From the NCBI GenBank assembly GCA_035626675.1, contig DASPNH010000125.1, positions 17,596 to 81,595 of the forward strand: DNA of 64,000 nucleotides, given 5' to 3'. The notes under the pieces were generated by a model, which searched no databases, was not told where the DNA came from, and was given only the letters and a program-made list of their open reading frames with translations. The position numbers and the translations under genes are program-made. Below are positions 52,265 through 61,185 of this stretch, in pieces. Source of the DNA: Candidatus Binatia bacterium (GTDB lineage: Bacteria > Desulfobacterota > Binatia > UBA1149 > CAITLU01). Numbering within the stretch: position 1 is the stretch's first letter; every line of letters starts with the position of its first letter.

Positions 52265-54529
52265 ATGCGCATCCTGCACTGGACCGAGCTCTACCGTCCG
52301 CATCTCGGCGAGATCGAACTGCTGACCGAGCATCTGATCGGCGCGCTGCACGCGCGCGGCCATGAGAACATCGTCGTCACCTCGCACACCGCGGCCGCTG
52401 CGCCCGACGAAGAGCAGCGCGGCCCGGCGCGCGTCCATCGGTTCCGTTTCGCGCAGGCACTGATCGGCAGCGATCCGGTTGCCATCGCCGAGCTCAAGCA
52501 GTCGGTTTCCGATCTGCTTGCCAGCATCGCGCCCGACATCTTGCACGTGCATACGCTGCAGCCGAGCCTGCTCTTCCACGAGTCCCTGCAGGGGCCATGG
52601 TCCACGGTCGTCACCGCGTACGATCCGCAGGCGTCGTCGGCAGCCCTGGCAGCGCGCGTCCTGACGCGTGCCGACGCCGTCACCGCCACTTCGCCCGCAG
52701 CAATCGAGGTGCTTCGCAGCCGCGTGCCGACGCTGGCCGAGAAGGCGCTCGCGATCCCTGCCGGACTGCCCGCCACCTCGTCGCGCCTGCCGGGCAGCGA
52801 TGCATCGCCTCTGATCGTGGCAGCCGGACGTTTTGCCGGCGACGAAGGGATGGATGTCCTGCTGCGCGCGATGCCGGTCATCCTGCGCGTATTCCCCGCT
52901 GCGCGACTGCAGCTGATCGGCGACGGCCGCGCGCGCGCCAGCCTGGCCTCGCTGATCCGCGAGCTGGGATTGCAGGACGACGTCGAGCTCATCCGCTGGC
53001 AGTCGCCGGCGCGCGTCGAGTCGGCGCTGGCGCGTGCCAGCGTGGTCGTGGTGCCCTCGCTGCGGCGCTGCGCGCTCGGCCTCGTCGCACTGCAGGCAGC
53101 ACAGCTCTCGCGGCCTGTGGTCGCCTGCCGCACCGGCGATCTGGCCGACATCGTCCAGGATGGCATCACCGGGACGCTCGTGCCCAGGGGCGAGAGCAAC
53201 GCGCTGGCGTGGGCGGTCATCGATCATCTGGCGCACCCCGAGCGTGCCAGGCGCATGGGAGCTGCCGGCGCCGAGCGTGCAGCCCGCGAATTCTCGATGC
53301 CGGCGATGGTCAACGGATTCGAAGAGCTCTATGCGCAGCTGTCGCGCGAGCGCCGCCGCCGCGCCAGCGATCTGCTGGCCGACCGGCCGGTTCTGGTGTG
53401 GGAAGGACAGCAGTCGGGCTACAGCGCGCTGGCCTATGCCAACGCCGCCGTCTGCAATGCGCTGCTCGACACGCGCGTCGTCGATCTTCGCGTCGCCTCG
53501 AACCAGCGGACGTGGATCGACCTCGACGCGCGCCCCGAGCTCCAGCGCCTGCGCGAGCTGGACTCGGCGGTTGCCGGCCTGCCTGCGCGCGACAATGCCG
53601 CGCGGGCCGCGGTGTGGGTTCGTCATCCACTGCCGTCGCGACCGAGCGCTCCGGGCCGCTTTCCCCTGGTGGTGTGCCAGCCGTGGGAGTACTCGCTGGT
53701 CTCCACTCCCATGGTCGAGGCGTTCGGACGCTGCCGCGAGGTCTGGGCGCCGTCGCTGTTCAGCGCCGAAGCTATCCGCCGCTCCGGCGTGCGGACGCCG
53801 GTGGAGGTGGTGCCCTACGGCGTCGACACGCGCGTGTTCACGCCCGAGGGGAAGCGTTTCGCGCTGCCGCACGAGGACTCGTTCCGGTTCCTGTTCGTCG
53901 GCGCGTCGATCTATCGCAAGGGGCTCGACATCCTGCTGTCGGCATACGCCCGCGCGTTCCGCCGCAACGAGAAGGTCCTGCTCGTGGTCAAGGACGTCGG
54001 AGTCGGTTCGACGTACGAAGGCCACACCAGCGGCGACCGCGTCGAGGCGTTCGCGGCGGACGTGAGCAATCCGCGCGTCGCCTATTTGGACGGTCGCCTG
54101 CCCGCAGCCTCGCTCGCCTCGCTGTATCGCTCCTGCGACGCGTTCGTCAGCGCCTACCGCGGCGAAGGCTTCTCCCTGCCGACGCTGGAAGCGATGGCCA
54201 GCGGCCTAGCCGTCGTGGTGACTGCGGGTGGCGCCACCGACGACTTCGTCGACGAGAGCGTGGGCTGGCGAATCCCGTCGCGGCCGCGCTACGTGGGCCG
54301 CTCGGTGTATGGTCAGCCCGCTCCTGACGACGTCTATCTTCTCGAGCCCGACGTCATCGCCCTGGCCGAGCTCATGCGCGAATGCTTCGACCGCCGCGAC
54401 GAAGTGAAGCGCCGGGGCCAGGCAGGCATGGAGCGCGCCCGCACCTCATGGACGTGGGAGCACTCGGCCGCACGAATCCTCGAGCGCATGTCCGCGCTGG
54501 CCGGCGTCGGCATCGCCGTCCGCGTCTGA
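52265..54529 (+). CDS. Two-domain glycosyltransferase (tandem GT4-like modules)
   Basis: The N-terminal half has the GT4 pattern, ending ...LVPRGESNALAWAVIDHL. The C-terminal half has the second GT4 EX7E-like region YRGEGFSLPTLEAMASGLAVVVTAGGATDDFV. 754 aa. Confidence 0.75.
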   Translation: MRILHWTELYRPHLGEIELLTEHLIGALHARGHENIVVTSHTAAAAPDEEQRGPARVHRFRFAQALIGSDPVAIAELKQSVSDLLASIAPDILHVHTLQPSLLFHESLQGPWSTVVTAYDPQASSAALAARVLTRADAVTATSPAAIEVLRSRVPTLAEKALAIPAGLPATSSRLPGSDASPLIVAAGRFAGDEGMDVLLRAMPVILRVFPAARLQLIGDGRARASLASLIRELGLQDDVELIRWQSPARVESALARASVVVVPSLRRCALGLVALQAAQLSRPVVACRTGDLADIVQDGITGTLVPRGESNALAWAVIDHLAHPERARRMGAAGAERAAREFSMPAMVNGFEELYAQLSRERRRRASDLLADRPVLVWEGQQSGYSALAYANAAVCNALLDTRVVDLRVASNQRTWIDLDARPELQRLRELDSAVAGLPARDNAARAAVWVRHPLPSRPSAPGRFPLVVCQPWEYSLVSTPMVEAFGRCREVWAPSLFSAEAIRRSGVRTPVEVVPYGVDTRVFTPEGKRFALPHEDSFRFLFVGASIYRKGLDILLSAYARAFRRNEKVLLVVKDVGVGSTYEGHTSGDRVEAFAADVSNPRVAYLDGRLPAASLASLYRSCDAFVSAYRGEGFSLPTLEAMASGLAVVVTAGGATDDFVDESVGWRIPSRPRYVGRSVYGQPAPDDVYLLEPDVIALAELMRECFDRRDEVKRRGQAGMERARTSWTWEHSAARILERMSALAGVGIAVRV

Positions 54530-54532
54530 GCT

Positions 54533-55366
54533 TCAGTCGCGCCCGCAGGCGCAGCGACCCGTGGCGGGCGTCATCATCGCGTTCATGTCCGCATAGGCGG
54601 CGCCGTCTTCGAACAGGCCATCGAACCGCTCGGCTTCCAGCAGCTGCCTGGCCGCGCGTTGCGCTCGGCCATAGGCGGCCTGCGCCAGCGCCGATCCGGC
54701 GCTGACGCGCCGCACGCCCAGCGCGCGCAGCTCGGCAAGCGGCGGCAGCCCCGGCACCAGCATGAGGTTCAGCGGTAGCTCGACCTCTTCGGCGATGCGC
54801 TCGATGTCCTCGCGAGCCGTCAGGCGCGGAACGAACAGGCCGTCGCAGCCCGCGTCGCGGTAGCGCCTGGCCCTGGCGATGGTCTCTTGCGCAGCGCCTG
54901 GCGCAGGCACCAGCGCCTTCAGGTACACGTCGGTGCGCGCATTGATGAAGATGTCGACGCCGCAGCGCTGCGCCGCAGCGCGTGCCGCCGCGATTTTCGC
55001 GCACAGCAGATCGACCGGCCCGCTGCCGTCCTCGATGTTGATGCCGACGCCGCCGGCTTCGGCAACCAGCGCCACCACTTCGCCGACGCGGGCAGGCTCG
55101 CAGGAGTAGCCGCCCTCGATGTCCACGCTCAGCGGCACGTGGATGACCCGTGCGATCTCGGCAACGACGGTAGCCAGCACCCGCGGCGGCAGCGCATCGC
55201 CGTCGGGATAGCCGCGCGACCAGGCAACGCCCGAGCTGGTCGTTGCGATGGCGCGGGCGCCGCACTCCTGGATCAGGCGCGCGCTGCCGGCATCCCAGGC
55301 GTTGGGCAGGATCAGGAAGCGGCCGCGGCAATGGAGGTCGCGGAACTCTCTTGCTCGATCGGTCAT
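54533..55366 (-). CDS. Isocitrate-lyase/PEP-mutase superfamily protein (methylisocitrate lyase / carboxyphosphonoenolpyruvate mutase-like)
   Basis: FLILPNAWDAGSARL...GINIEDG...FINARTD motifs of the ICL/PEPM fold. ATG 55366 has an AAGGAG RBS. Confidence 0.75.
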   Translation of the reverse strand: MTDRAREFRDLHCRGRFLILPNAWDAGSARLIQECGARAIATTSSGVAWSRGYPDGDALPPRVLATVVAEIARVIHVPLSVDIEGGYSCEPARVGEVVALVAEAGGVGINIEDGSGPVDLLCAKIAAARAAAQRCGVDIFINARTDVYLKALVPAPGAAQETIARARRYRDAGCDGLFVPRLTAREDIERIAEEVELPLNLMLVPGLPPLAELRALGVRRVSAGSALAQAAYGRAQRAARQLLEAERFDGLFEDGAAYADMNAMMTPATGRCACGRD

Positions 55367-55478
55367 GGCGGGCTCCTTGGGCACGCGATCGCGAAGGATC
55401 GCGATCGACGAAGCGGTTCTATCGCGGCGGGCAGGCGGCGTCTGGCCGTTTTCGGCCATCATCCTCGCGACGTCGGAC

Positions 55479-56036
55479 CTATGAATACCGCTTGATCCAG
55501 AGCTTCATCTCGTCGGTCAGCCGTTCGTCCTCGAGGAAGACGTGCGGTTTGCCGCTGGGGCCCAGAGCCAGACGAATGACGAGATTGCCGTGCCGCAGCT
55601 CACGCGCTTCCTGCGAGCTGATGCCGCGCTGCTCGAGAAGCTTGCGATAGTACTCGTGGATCTCGGGCGTCTCGAAGTAGACCTCGGCCAGGCGCTCGTT
55701 GAAGAAGTGAGCCGTCAGTCGACCGGTGTGCTCGAGATGACGGAAGCCTTCGACGTCGATGAACGTGTGCTTGAACGGAGGACGGTTCGGATACGGCTCC
55801 GACTCCTGCTCGTCCTTGACGGTCTGCGGCGGGTTGCCCATCTCCTGGAGCCGCCGCTGGAACTCCTGCGTCGTCACGTAGCTGGGAATGCCGCGGATCA
55901 GCTCGACCGGATCGGTCTCGACGGCAACGAAGCTGACTTCACGCCAGGTCTCGTAGAACAGCACCTGCGAGCCGCCGTAGATGGCCACGAGGAAGAGGAA
56001 GAACGTCAGGCCGAGCTTCATGTTTTGAGTGAACAT
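55479..56036 (-). CDS. Hypothetical protein with an N-terminal TM anchor
   Basis: MFTQNMKLGLTFFLFLVAIYGGSQVLFY, then a hydrophilic domain with no recognisable motif. Confidence 0.45.
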   Translation of the reverse strand: MFTQNMKLGLTFFLFLVAIYGGSQVLFYETWREVSFVAVETDPVELIRGIPSYVTTQEFQRRLQEMGNPPQTVKDEQESEPYPNRPPFKHTFIDVEGFRHLEHTGRLTAHFFNERLAEVYFETPEIHEYYRKLLEQRGISSQEARELRHGNLVIRLALGPSGKPHVFLEDERLTDEMKLWIKRYS

Positions 56037-56099
56037 GGCCTGGTCGTGTTTGTTACGAGCGGCGCTCCTGCGCAAGCGGGAGGTGCGCTCCGGCGCACT

Positions 56100-56843
56100 T
56101 CAGCTTTGGACGGCGTGCGGCGGCCAGACGATGACGTCCTGGCGGCGGCTGAAGTGGAAGATCGGGTCGCCTTCGATGGGAACGCCCTGGGCCGTCGCGA
56201 TCGTGTTCTCGGCGATCTCGGCCTCGGCGTCCTGCAGCGGCCACGGCCGGTGATGCACCTCGGCTCGCAGCAGCGTGCCGCCGGAGGTCTGCGTATACAG
56301 ACAGTAGCGTTCGGTCAGGAAGTGCCCGAGCGTTCCGGCCACGGCTTCGAACGTCGAGGACGTCGGCGCGTAGCTGCCCTCGAACGCGACGCGCGGATCC
56401 GACGGCCGTCGCATGCTGCGGTAGTGCACGCGTCCACGCCTCTCCTCCACCTGCATGTCGGCAGTGAAGTAGGGCAGCTGGAACACGACGCGCGCCGCCA
56501 GCACCGCCAGGAAACGCGTCGCATCCAGGCTGACGAACCATACGCCGGGCTTGCCGCCATGCTCGACGTAGAGGCGAAGGTTGAGCTCGGGGAACGCGGA
56601 AAGCCACGGCAGGCTCGGCAAGCCGCGGGCCGTCACGCCTTCCATGCGGAAGGGCACGACCCCGACCCACGAGCTGCCGTCGAACTCCTGGATGGTGAGA
56701 CGCGAAGGAACCAGAGGCCGCAGCGCCGAAACCGGAGCGCGCCAATGCGCGAACAGCAGGTCACACCAGCTCTGGCGCATCACCCATGGCGCAGAAGGGA
56801 GAGCCCAGGGCCGGTGGTCGGTGCGATGCAGAGACGGATGCAT
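56100..56843 (-). CDS. DUF2071 (YqjF-like) domain protein
   Basis: WCDLLFAHWRAP...GSSWVGVVPFRMEGV...LNLRLYVEHGGKPGVWFVSLDA fits DUF2071. Confidence 0.65.
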   Translation of the reverse strand: MHPSLHRTDHRPWALPSAPWVMRQSWCDLLFAHWRAPVSALRPLVPSRLTIQEFDGSSWVGVVPFRMEGVTARGLPSLPWLSAFPELNLRLYVEHGGKPGVWFVSLDATRFLAVLAARVVFQLPYFTADMQVEERRGRVHYRSMRRPSDPRVAFEGSYAPTSSTFEAVAGTLGHFLTERYCLYTQTSGGTLLRAEVHHRPWPLQDAEAEIAENTIATAQGVPIEGDPIFHFSRRQDVIVWPPHAVQS

Positions 56844-56910
56844 GCGCCCATTGTGGCAACGCGAGCATCCGATGGAAAAGCCGGGTCGGCTGCGGGGTCC
56901 GAGCTAGGGC

Positions 56911-56966
56911 GGGGTCAGGTACCGAGACCGCGAATCGCCTGGATTGCCGATTCGGTACCTGACCCC
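56911..56966. repeat. REP-like perfect hairpin ggggtcaggtaccga-[26 nt with inner stem]-tcggtacctgacccc
   Basis: 15-bp perfect inverted arms with a nested cgaatcg/cgattcg inner stem. Intergenic between two - strand genes. Confidence 0.85.
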
Positions 56967-56993
56967 ATTGCGCATGCGGCGTCCCTTCGACCG

Positions 56994-57785
56994 CTACTTG
57001 CCCGCGCGAACCGCGCGAACGTAGTTGTAGACGGTCTTGGCGGTGCTGGCCACGGCACCGGTGGCGAAGTTGACGGACCATGCCGAGTTGAGGCTGGCCG
57101 CCGCCGTCGTCGAGCTCCAGTACGGCTTGGTGTGCGTGCAGCTGCACTCGGTGACGCTGCAGCCGGCGCCGCAATCGGTCTCGAACGCGCTGCTGATCGA
57201 CGGGTTGGATGCGCTGTAGTTGACGAGCGACGCCAGCTCGCGAACGTTGGGCAACCGCCAGTCGTTGTGGTTGGCGAAGCCGGAGCCGGCATTCATCGCG
57301 TTGAGGTTGTTGATCTTGCCGTAGGCTCCGGCCCACTGGTAGGCGAAGTCCTGGAAGTCGTGGATGCCGCCGTCGTCGGCGAGCTTCTCCCACATCAATC
57401 CCGTCTTCTGGTCGGTGATGGTGCCGTCGCCGTTGTCGACGTAGTCGAACACGAGGCCGCGCTGGAACTCGCCGTCCTGGCCGGAGTTGAAGCATTCGAT
57501 GGTGTCGACCGGGTTGGTCAGATCGAGCGGGTCGTAGCACGTGATCTGGCCGCTGTTCAGCAGCGCGCCCTCGGCGCAGATTTCGACCTGGCACTGACAG
57601 ATCATCTCGGCGGGCTGACCCACCGACTTTTTCAGCACTGCCAGCGAGTCGCTGGCGGTGACGCTGCCCGAATCATTGACGTCGCCGCACGGTTGCACCG
57701 GTGCGCAGACCTCTTCCAGAGCCAGCGCGGTGCTCGCGCTCACGGCCACCAGGAGCGCTGCTGTCACGAACGTTGCCTTGATCAT
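56994..57785 (-). CDS. Secreted protein with an N-terminal Cys-flanked dockerin-like repeat and a C-terminal DUF1566 (Lcl-C-terminal-like) domain
   Basis: Signal peptide MIKATFVTAALLVAVSASTALA. CGDVNDSGSVTASDSLAVLKKSVGQ. NDWRLPNVRELASLVNY is the DUF1566 signature. Confidence 0.7.
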   Translation of the reverse strand: MIKATFVTAALLVAVSASTALALEEVCAPVQPCGDVNDSGSVTASDSLAVLKKSVGQPAEMICQCQVEICAEGALLNSGQITCYDPLDLTNPVDTIECFNSGQDGEFQRGLVFDYVDNGDGTITDQKTGLMWEKLADDGGIHDFQDFAYQWAGAYGKINNLNAMNAGSGFANHNDWRLPNVRELASLVNYSASNPSISSAFETDCGAGCSVTECSCTHTKPYWSSTTAAASLNSAWSVNFATGAVASTAKTVYNYVRAVRAGK

Positions 57786-58063
57786 TTCGTATCCCCCTTT
57801 CCGCAATGGGCGTCGCGCACGACAAAGGGGAGCAAACCTCGCCCGTTATCCCTGCCGTCGTCTCGCGCGCGCCGCGAAACTAGCATCCTGCCTGCCAGCG
57901 GGCGAGCGGGAAACGCCGCAAAAGACGACGGCAGTGAGTCGATTCACGCGTGGAGTGACATCCTGCAGCGCGCAGTCTGTACGAAAGTGAGAACTGTGTA
58001 CGGCCTAAGGAATACCGGGCGGGTCCTGCAGCGGCGTCGAGTGAATGACCGGCTGCTCGGCCG

Positions 58064-58930
58064 CTACCGCAGCAGCCGATTCGGGTCCGCCATCTCGCCG
58101 TCGATCTCCACCCATCCCGTGTAGGTCTCCGGCATGTAGGACCAGCCGAGAAGGCGCTGGATCTGCTCGGGATAGCTGCGGACGACCTCGGCGCTGAGCG
58201 CGAGGTACATGTTCTCTTCCTGCCGCACCGCAGCCGAATCCAGGCCGGTGGTCAGGCCGCTGCGGAACTGGTCGGAAGTGCGATTGGCGCCGCCGCCATG
58301 ATGCGTGGATCCCAGGAACAGGAGCGCAGAGCCCGCTGCCATCTCGGCCGGCACGGCCTGGCAGGGATCGGCGACGCGATCCTCGCTCCAGAGATGACTG
58401 CCCGGCACGACCCGTGTCGCACCGTTCTCCTCGGTGAAGTCGCTGACCGCCACCATGACCTGCACCCGAACCTGCCGCCCGTAGTCGGGATAGCGCCACA
58501 GCAGGGCCCAGTGGTCGCGGTGCAAGGGCTGGGCTTCCTGGCCCGGCGCGATCTGGATGAGCTGCGTGGCACCGATGCGCAGGCCCGGACGCACCGAGCG
58601 CGCGTGCTCGCCGCAGCCGTAGACGATGGGCGAGTTGACGAAGTGCTCGGACGCTCCGAGGAGCAGCGGGTGCGTGACCACGTCCGCGATGCGGCGGGTT
58701 TTGGCGAACAACGCGCTCATCCTGCGCGTGTTTACGCCGGAGAAATCGTCACGCCCCGTCGAGCACGCCTCGACCGCCGGCAGCAGGTCCGCCTTCAGCT
58801 CTCGAAGGATCGCCGCATCGACGAAGTCCTCCACGATCACGCCGCCGTCGCGTTCGATGACCGCGATGACGTCATCGAGCGAGGCGTCGGCGCGCAGCTC
58901 GGCCAGTCGCTGCGAGGGTTTCGAGGTCAT
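58064..58930 (-). CDS. Phytanoyl-CoA dioxygenase (PhyH) family Fe(II)/2-oxoglutarate oxygenase, paralog B
   Basis: It is the C-terminal 288 aa of the long track ORF 58064-59965. ATG 58930 is preceded by AAGGAG. HRDHWAL...D...ENGATRVVPGSH 2-His-1-carboxylate pattern. Confidence 0.7.
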   Translation of the reverse strand: MTSKPSQRLAELRADASLDDVIAVIERDGGVIVEDFVDAAILRELKADLLPAVEACSTGRDDFSGVNTRRMSALFAKTRRIADVVTHPLLLGASEHFVNSPIVYGCGEHARSVRPGLRIGATQLIQIAPGQEAQPLHRDHWALLWRYPDYGRQVRVQVMVAVSDFTEENGATRVVPGSHLWSEDRVADPCQAVPAEMAAGSALLFLGSTHHGGGANRTSDQFRSGLTTGLDSAAVRQEENMYLALSAEVVRSYPEQIQRLLGWSYMPETYTGWVEIDGEMADPNRLLR

Positions 58931-58943
58931 GGCTGCTCCTTTC

Positions 58944-59804
58944 TCACAACATCTGACGGAACGTAGGCGAGCGAAACGCATCGCCCGCATGCAAGGCCGA
59001 CATCTCTTCGTGGAAGAGGATGCCGTTGCGACCGTACCCTGAATCACTGTGCTCCGGGAGTGGGCGGAACGTCGCGTCGTCGCCGAAGAAGCGGAAGACC
59101 AGGGTATGCCGTTCGGGGAAATTCGCGTCGACGGGTGCGCCGCCATGCAGCACGCCGGGATGGATCGCGACGACGTCTCCGAGCTCGGTCGCCCACGACA
59201 GGATGTCGTAGCAGCTCGGATCGAGTCTGCGCTGCGCTTCGATGTCGGGAAGGCGCGGCAGCGCGCCGCCGCCGTGCAGCGGTTGGGTCGGATCGTCGGG
59301 GTCGCGAAAGGTCGTTCCGTCGTAGAGCGTGCCGAGGTGCGAGCCGCGAACGACTTCCAATGCATTGCGCTTGGGAACGGCTTCGAAGCTGATCCACGCA
59401 TTGGCCCAATGCATGCCCGCCCACCGAAGGTACGAAGTGTCCTGATGCCACGGAGTGCGCGACCCTCGTCCGCCGGTCTTGAGGAACACCTCCTCGGCGA
59501 AGTACCAGACGTGGCGTGAGCCCCACAGGTCCGCGAACAGCCGGCTGAGCGGCAGCGAGGCGACGAGCTCTTCCAGACGCGCCCTCGCGCGCGGATTGGC
59601 GTTGTCGTTGTGCGTCTGTTGCTCGGTGCCGTCGAAGATCCGATAGGCATTGGGCCCGGGGTTCTCGATGGCCCAATCGAACGCCTCTCGGCAGCGAGCG
59701 AGCTGCTGCGGGCTGAGCACGCCGCGAAGCAGCACGGCCCCATCCTGCAGGAAAGCCTTCCGCAACGAATCGTCCATCGATGCCACCTCCATCTCGCGCG
59801 CCAT
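58944..59804 (-). CDS. Phytanoyl-CoA dioxygenase (PhyH) family Fe(II)/2-oxoglutarate oxygenase, paralog A
   Basis: WHQDTSY...D...VAIHPGVLHGG pattern. The start was taken at ATG 59804, with alternatives at 59792 and 59777. The upstream Arg/Pro-rich track extension was rejected. Confidence 0.7.
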   Translation of the reverse strand: MAREMEVASMDDSLRKAFLQDGAVLLRGVLSPQQLARCREAFDWAIENPGPNAYRIFDGTEQQTHNDNANPRARARLEELVASLPLSRLFADLWGSRHVWYFAEEVFLKTGGRGSRTPWHQDTSYLRWAGMHWANAWISFEAVPKRNALEVVRGSHLGTLYDGTTFRDPDDPTQPLHGGGALPRLPDIEAQRRLDPSCYDILSWATELGDVVAIHPGVLHGGAPVDANFPERHTLVFRFFGDDATFRPLPEHSDSGYGRNGILFHEEMSALHAGDAFRSPTFRQML

Positions 59805-59925
59805 GTCTGCGCAGCATAGGCGAAAGCAGGGCCGGCGCAGAAGGGCCGCCCGCGACAAGGAATGGTGATCCGGTGACAGGTGGGCCGCGTGCGCCGCCGA
59901 AAGTGACCGCGTATCCTGCGGTGCG

Positions 59926-61008
59926 ATGAGCGGTCCCGCCCTGCCGGCACGCCTTCGACGAGCATCCGACGACCTGCCGATGCCGTCGGCGTACTTCAAG
60001 TTCGTGCTCGAACAGTTCGGAACCACACGCGCGCGCCGCGAGACGATTCTGGAAGGCACGGGTGTGGCTGCCGCCCGCGCTGCGGCGCTCGGCGAGGAGA
60101 TCACCGTCGGCCAGCAGCTGCGCCAGCTCCGTAACGTCAACGCCATCGCGGCTCCGGGGTGGGGCCTGGAGCTCGGTGCGCGCCTGGGAACCGTGAGCCA
60201 CGGCAGTCTCGGATTCGGTGCGGTCAGCGCGCCGACGCTGCGCGACACTCTGGAGCTCCTCGTCCGCTACGGGCACGTGCGTGACCCGTGCTTCGGATTC
60301 CATCTTCGAAAGGCCGGCCGCGAGCTGCGCATCGAGATCCACGAGCGCATCGACCTGCTCGAAGAGGAGCGGGTTCCCGAGATCGAGACGTTTCTGCTGA
60401 GCATTCAGGCCACGGTAGAGGCCATCCTCGGACGCAGGCTCGAAAAGGCGAAGGTCGAGGTCGCTGCGCGGCCGGCCCATGCCGACCTGTACCGACGCTA
60501 CTTCTCCGGAACGGTGCGCTTCGGCGCCGGGGTCAGTGCGCTCGTCATTCCGCAGGCGTGGCTCGAAAATGCCTCGCCCTTTGCCGACGCCGGCCTGCAC
60601 CGGGCCTCGGTCCTCAAGCTGGAGGCGATGGCCGAGCGCCTGAAGGGAAGGCGTCATACCGCCGCGCTCGTCGAGGAGCTCATGGCATCCGGAGGACCGG
60701 GCGGGACCGCGCTCGAGGACGTTGCCCGACGGCTCGCCGTATCTCCGCGAACTCTGATCCGCCGCCTTCGCGAGGCCGGCACGAGCTACCGGGAGCTGCG
60801 CGAGGCGCATCGCCGCAAGCACGCGGTCGGGCTGCTGTCGGACACTTCGCTGACCGCCGCCGAGGTCGCCTATCGCCTGGGGTACGAAGACGCGTCGAAC
60901 TTCGGGAAGGCGTGCCGGCGGTGGTTCGGATGCTCGCCCGGTGTGCTGCGCAAGCGGCTGGCACACGGCGGGAAGGCCGTATCCGCCATCCGCAGTGCAC
61001 GCCGGTAG
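59926..61008 (+). CDS. AraC-family transcriptional regulator, divergent from the PhyH pair
   Basis: C-terminal AraC HTH LEDVARRLAVSPRTLIRRLRE...AAEVAYRLGYEDASNFGKACRRWFGCSP. N-terminal AraC-binding-like domain. Confidence 0.8.
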   Translation: MSGPALPARLRRASDDLPMPSAYFKFVLEQFGTTRARRETILEGTGVAAARAAALGEEITVGQQLRQLRNVNAIAAPGWGLELGARLGTVSHGSLGFGAVSAPTLRDTLELLVRYGHVRDPCFGFHLRKAGRELRIEIHERIDLLEEERVPEIETFLLSIQATVEAILGRRLEKAKVEVAARPAHADLYRRYFSGTVRFGAGVSALVIPQAWLENASPFADAGLHRASVLKLEAMAERLKGRRHTAALVEELMASGGPGGTALEDVARRLAVSPRTLIRRLREAGTSYRELREAHRRKHAVGLLSDTSLTAAEVAYRLGYEDASNFGKACRRWFGCSPGVLRKRLAHGGKAVSAIRSARR

Positions 61009-61185
61009 CTCGACCCAAGCCGATCGCGCTGCGGCGGCCTGCCGCGCGTTCTTGACTCAGTACCGTCGCAAGCACAGGAAGCCCGCTCGCCATTGTTGGC
61101 AATACGGTGCACCTGGCCGTGATCGCCGTCACTTGGCGGGCGGGGGGTTTCGATGCAGTCGACGGGCTTCGAGCTGGTTGCGGGA

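Noticed and set aside
55542-58124. 860-aa + strand ORF
   Set aside because: It runs antisense across three independent - strand genes and two intergenic repeat elements, and has no motifs.
58931-59965. N-terminal 345 aa of the 633-aa - strand track ORF 58064-59965
   Set aside because: Arg/Cys/Pro-rich nonsense that overlaps the real PhyH paralog A in another frame. The real gene (paralog B) begins at the internal ATG 58930, which has an AAGGAG RBS.
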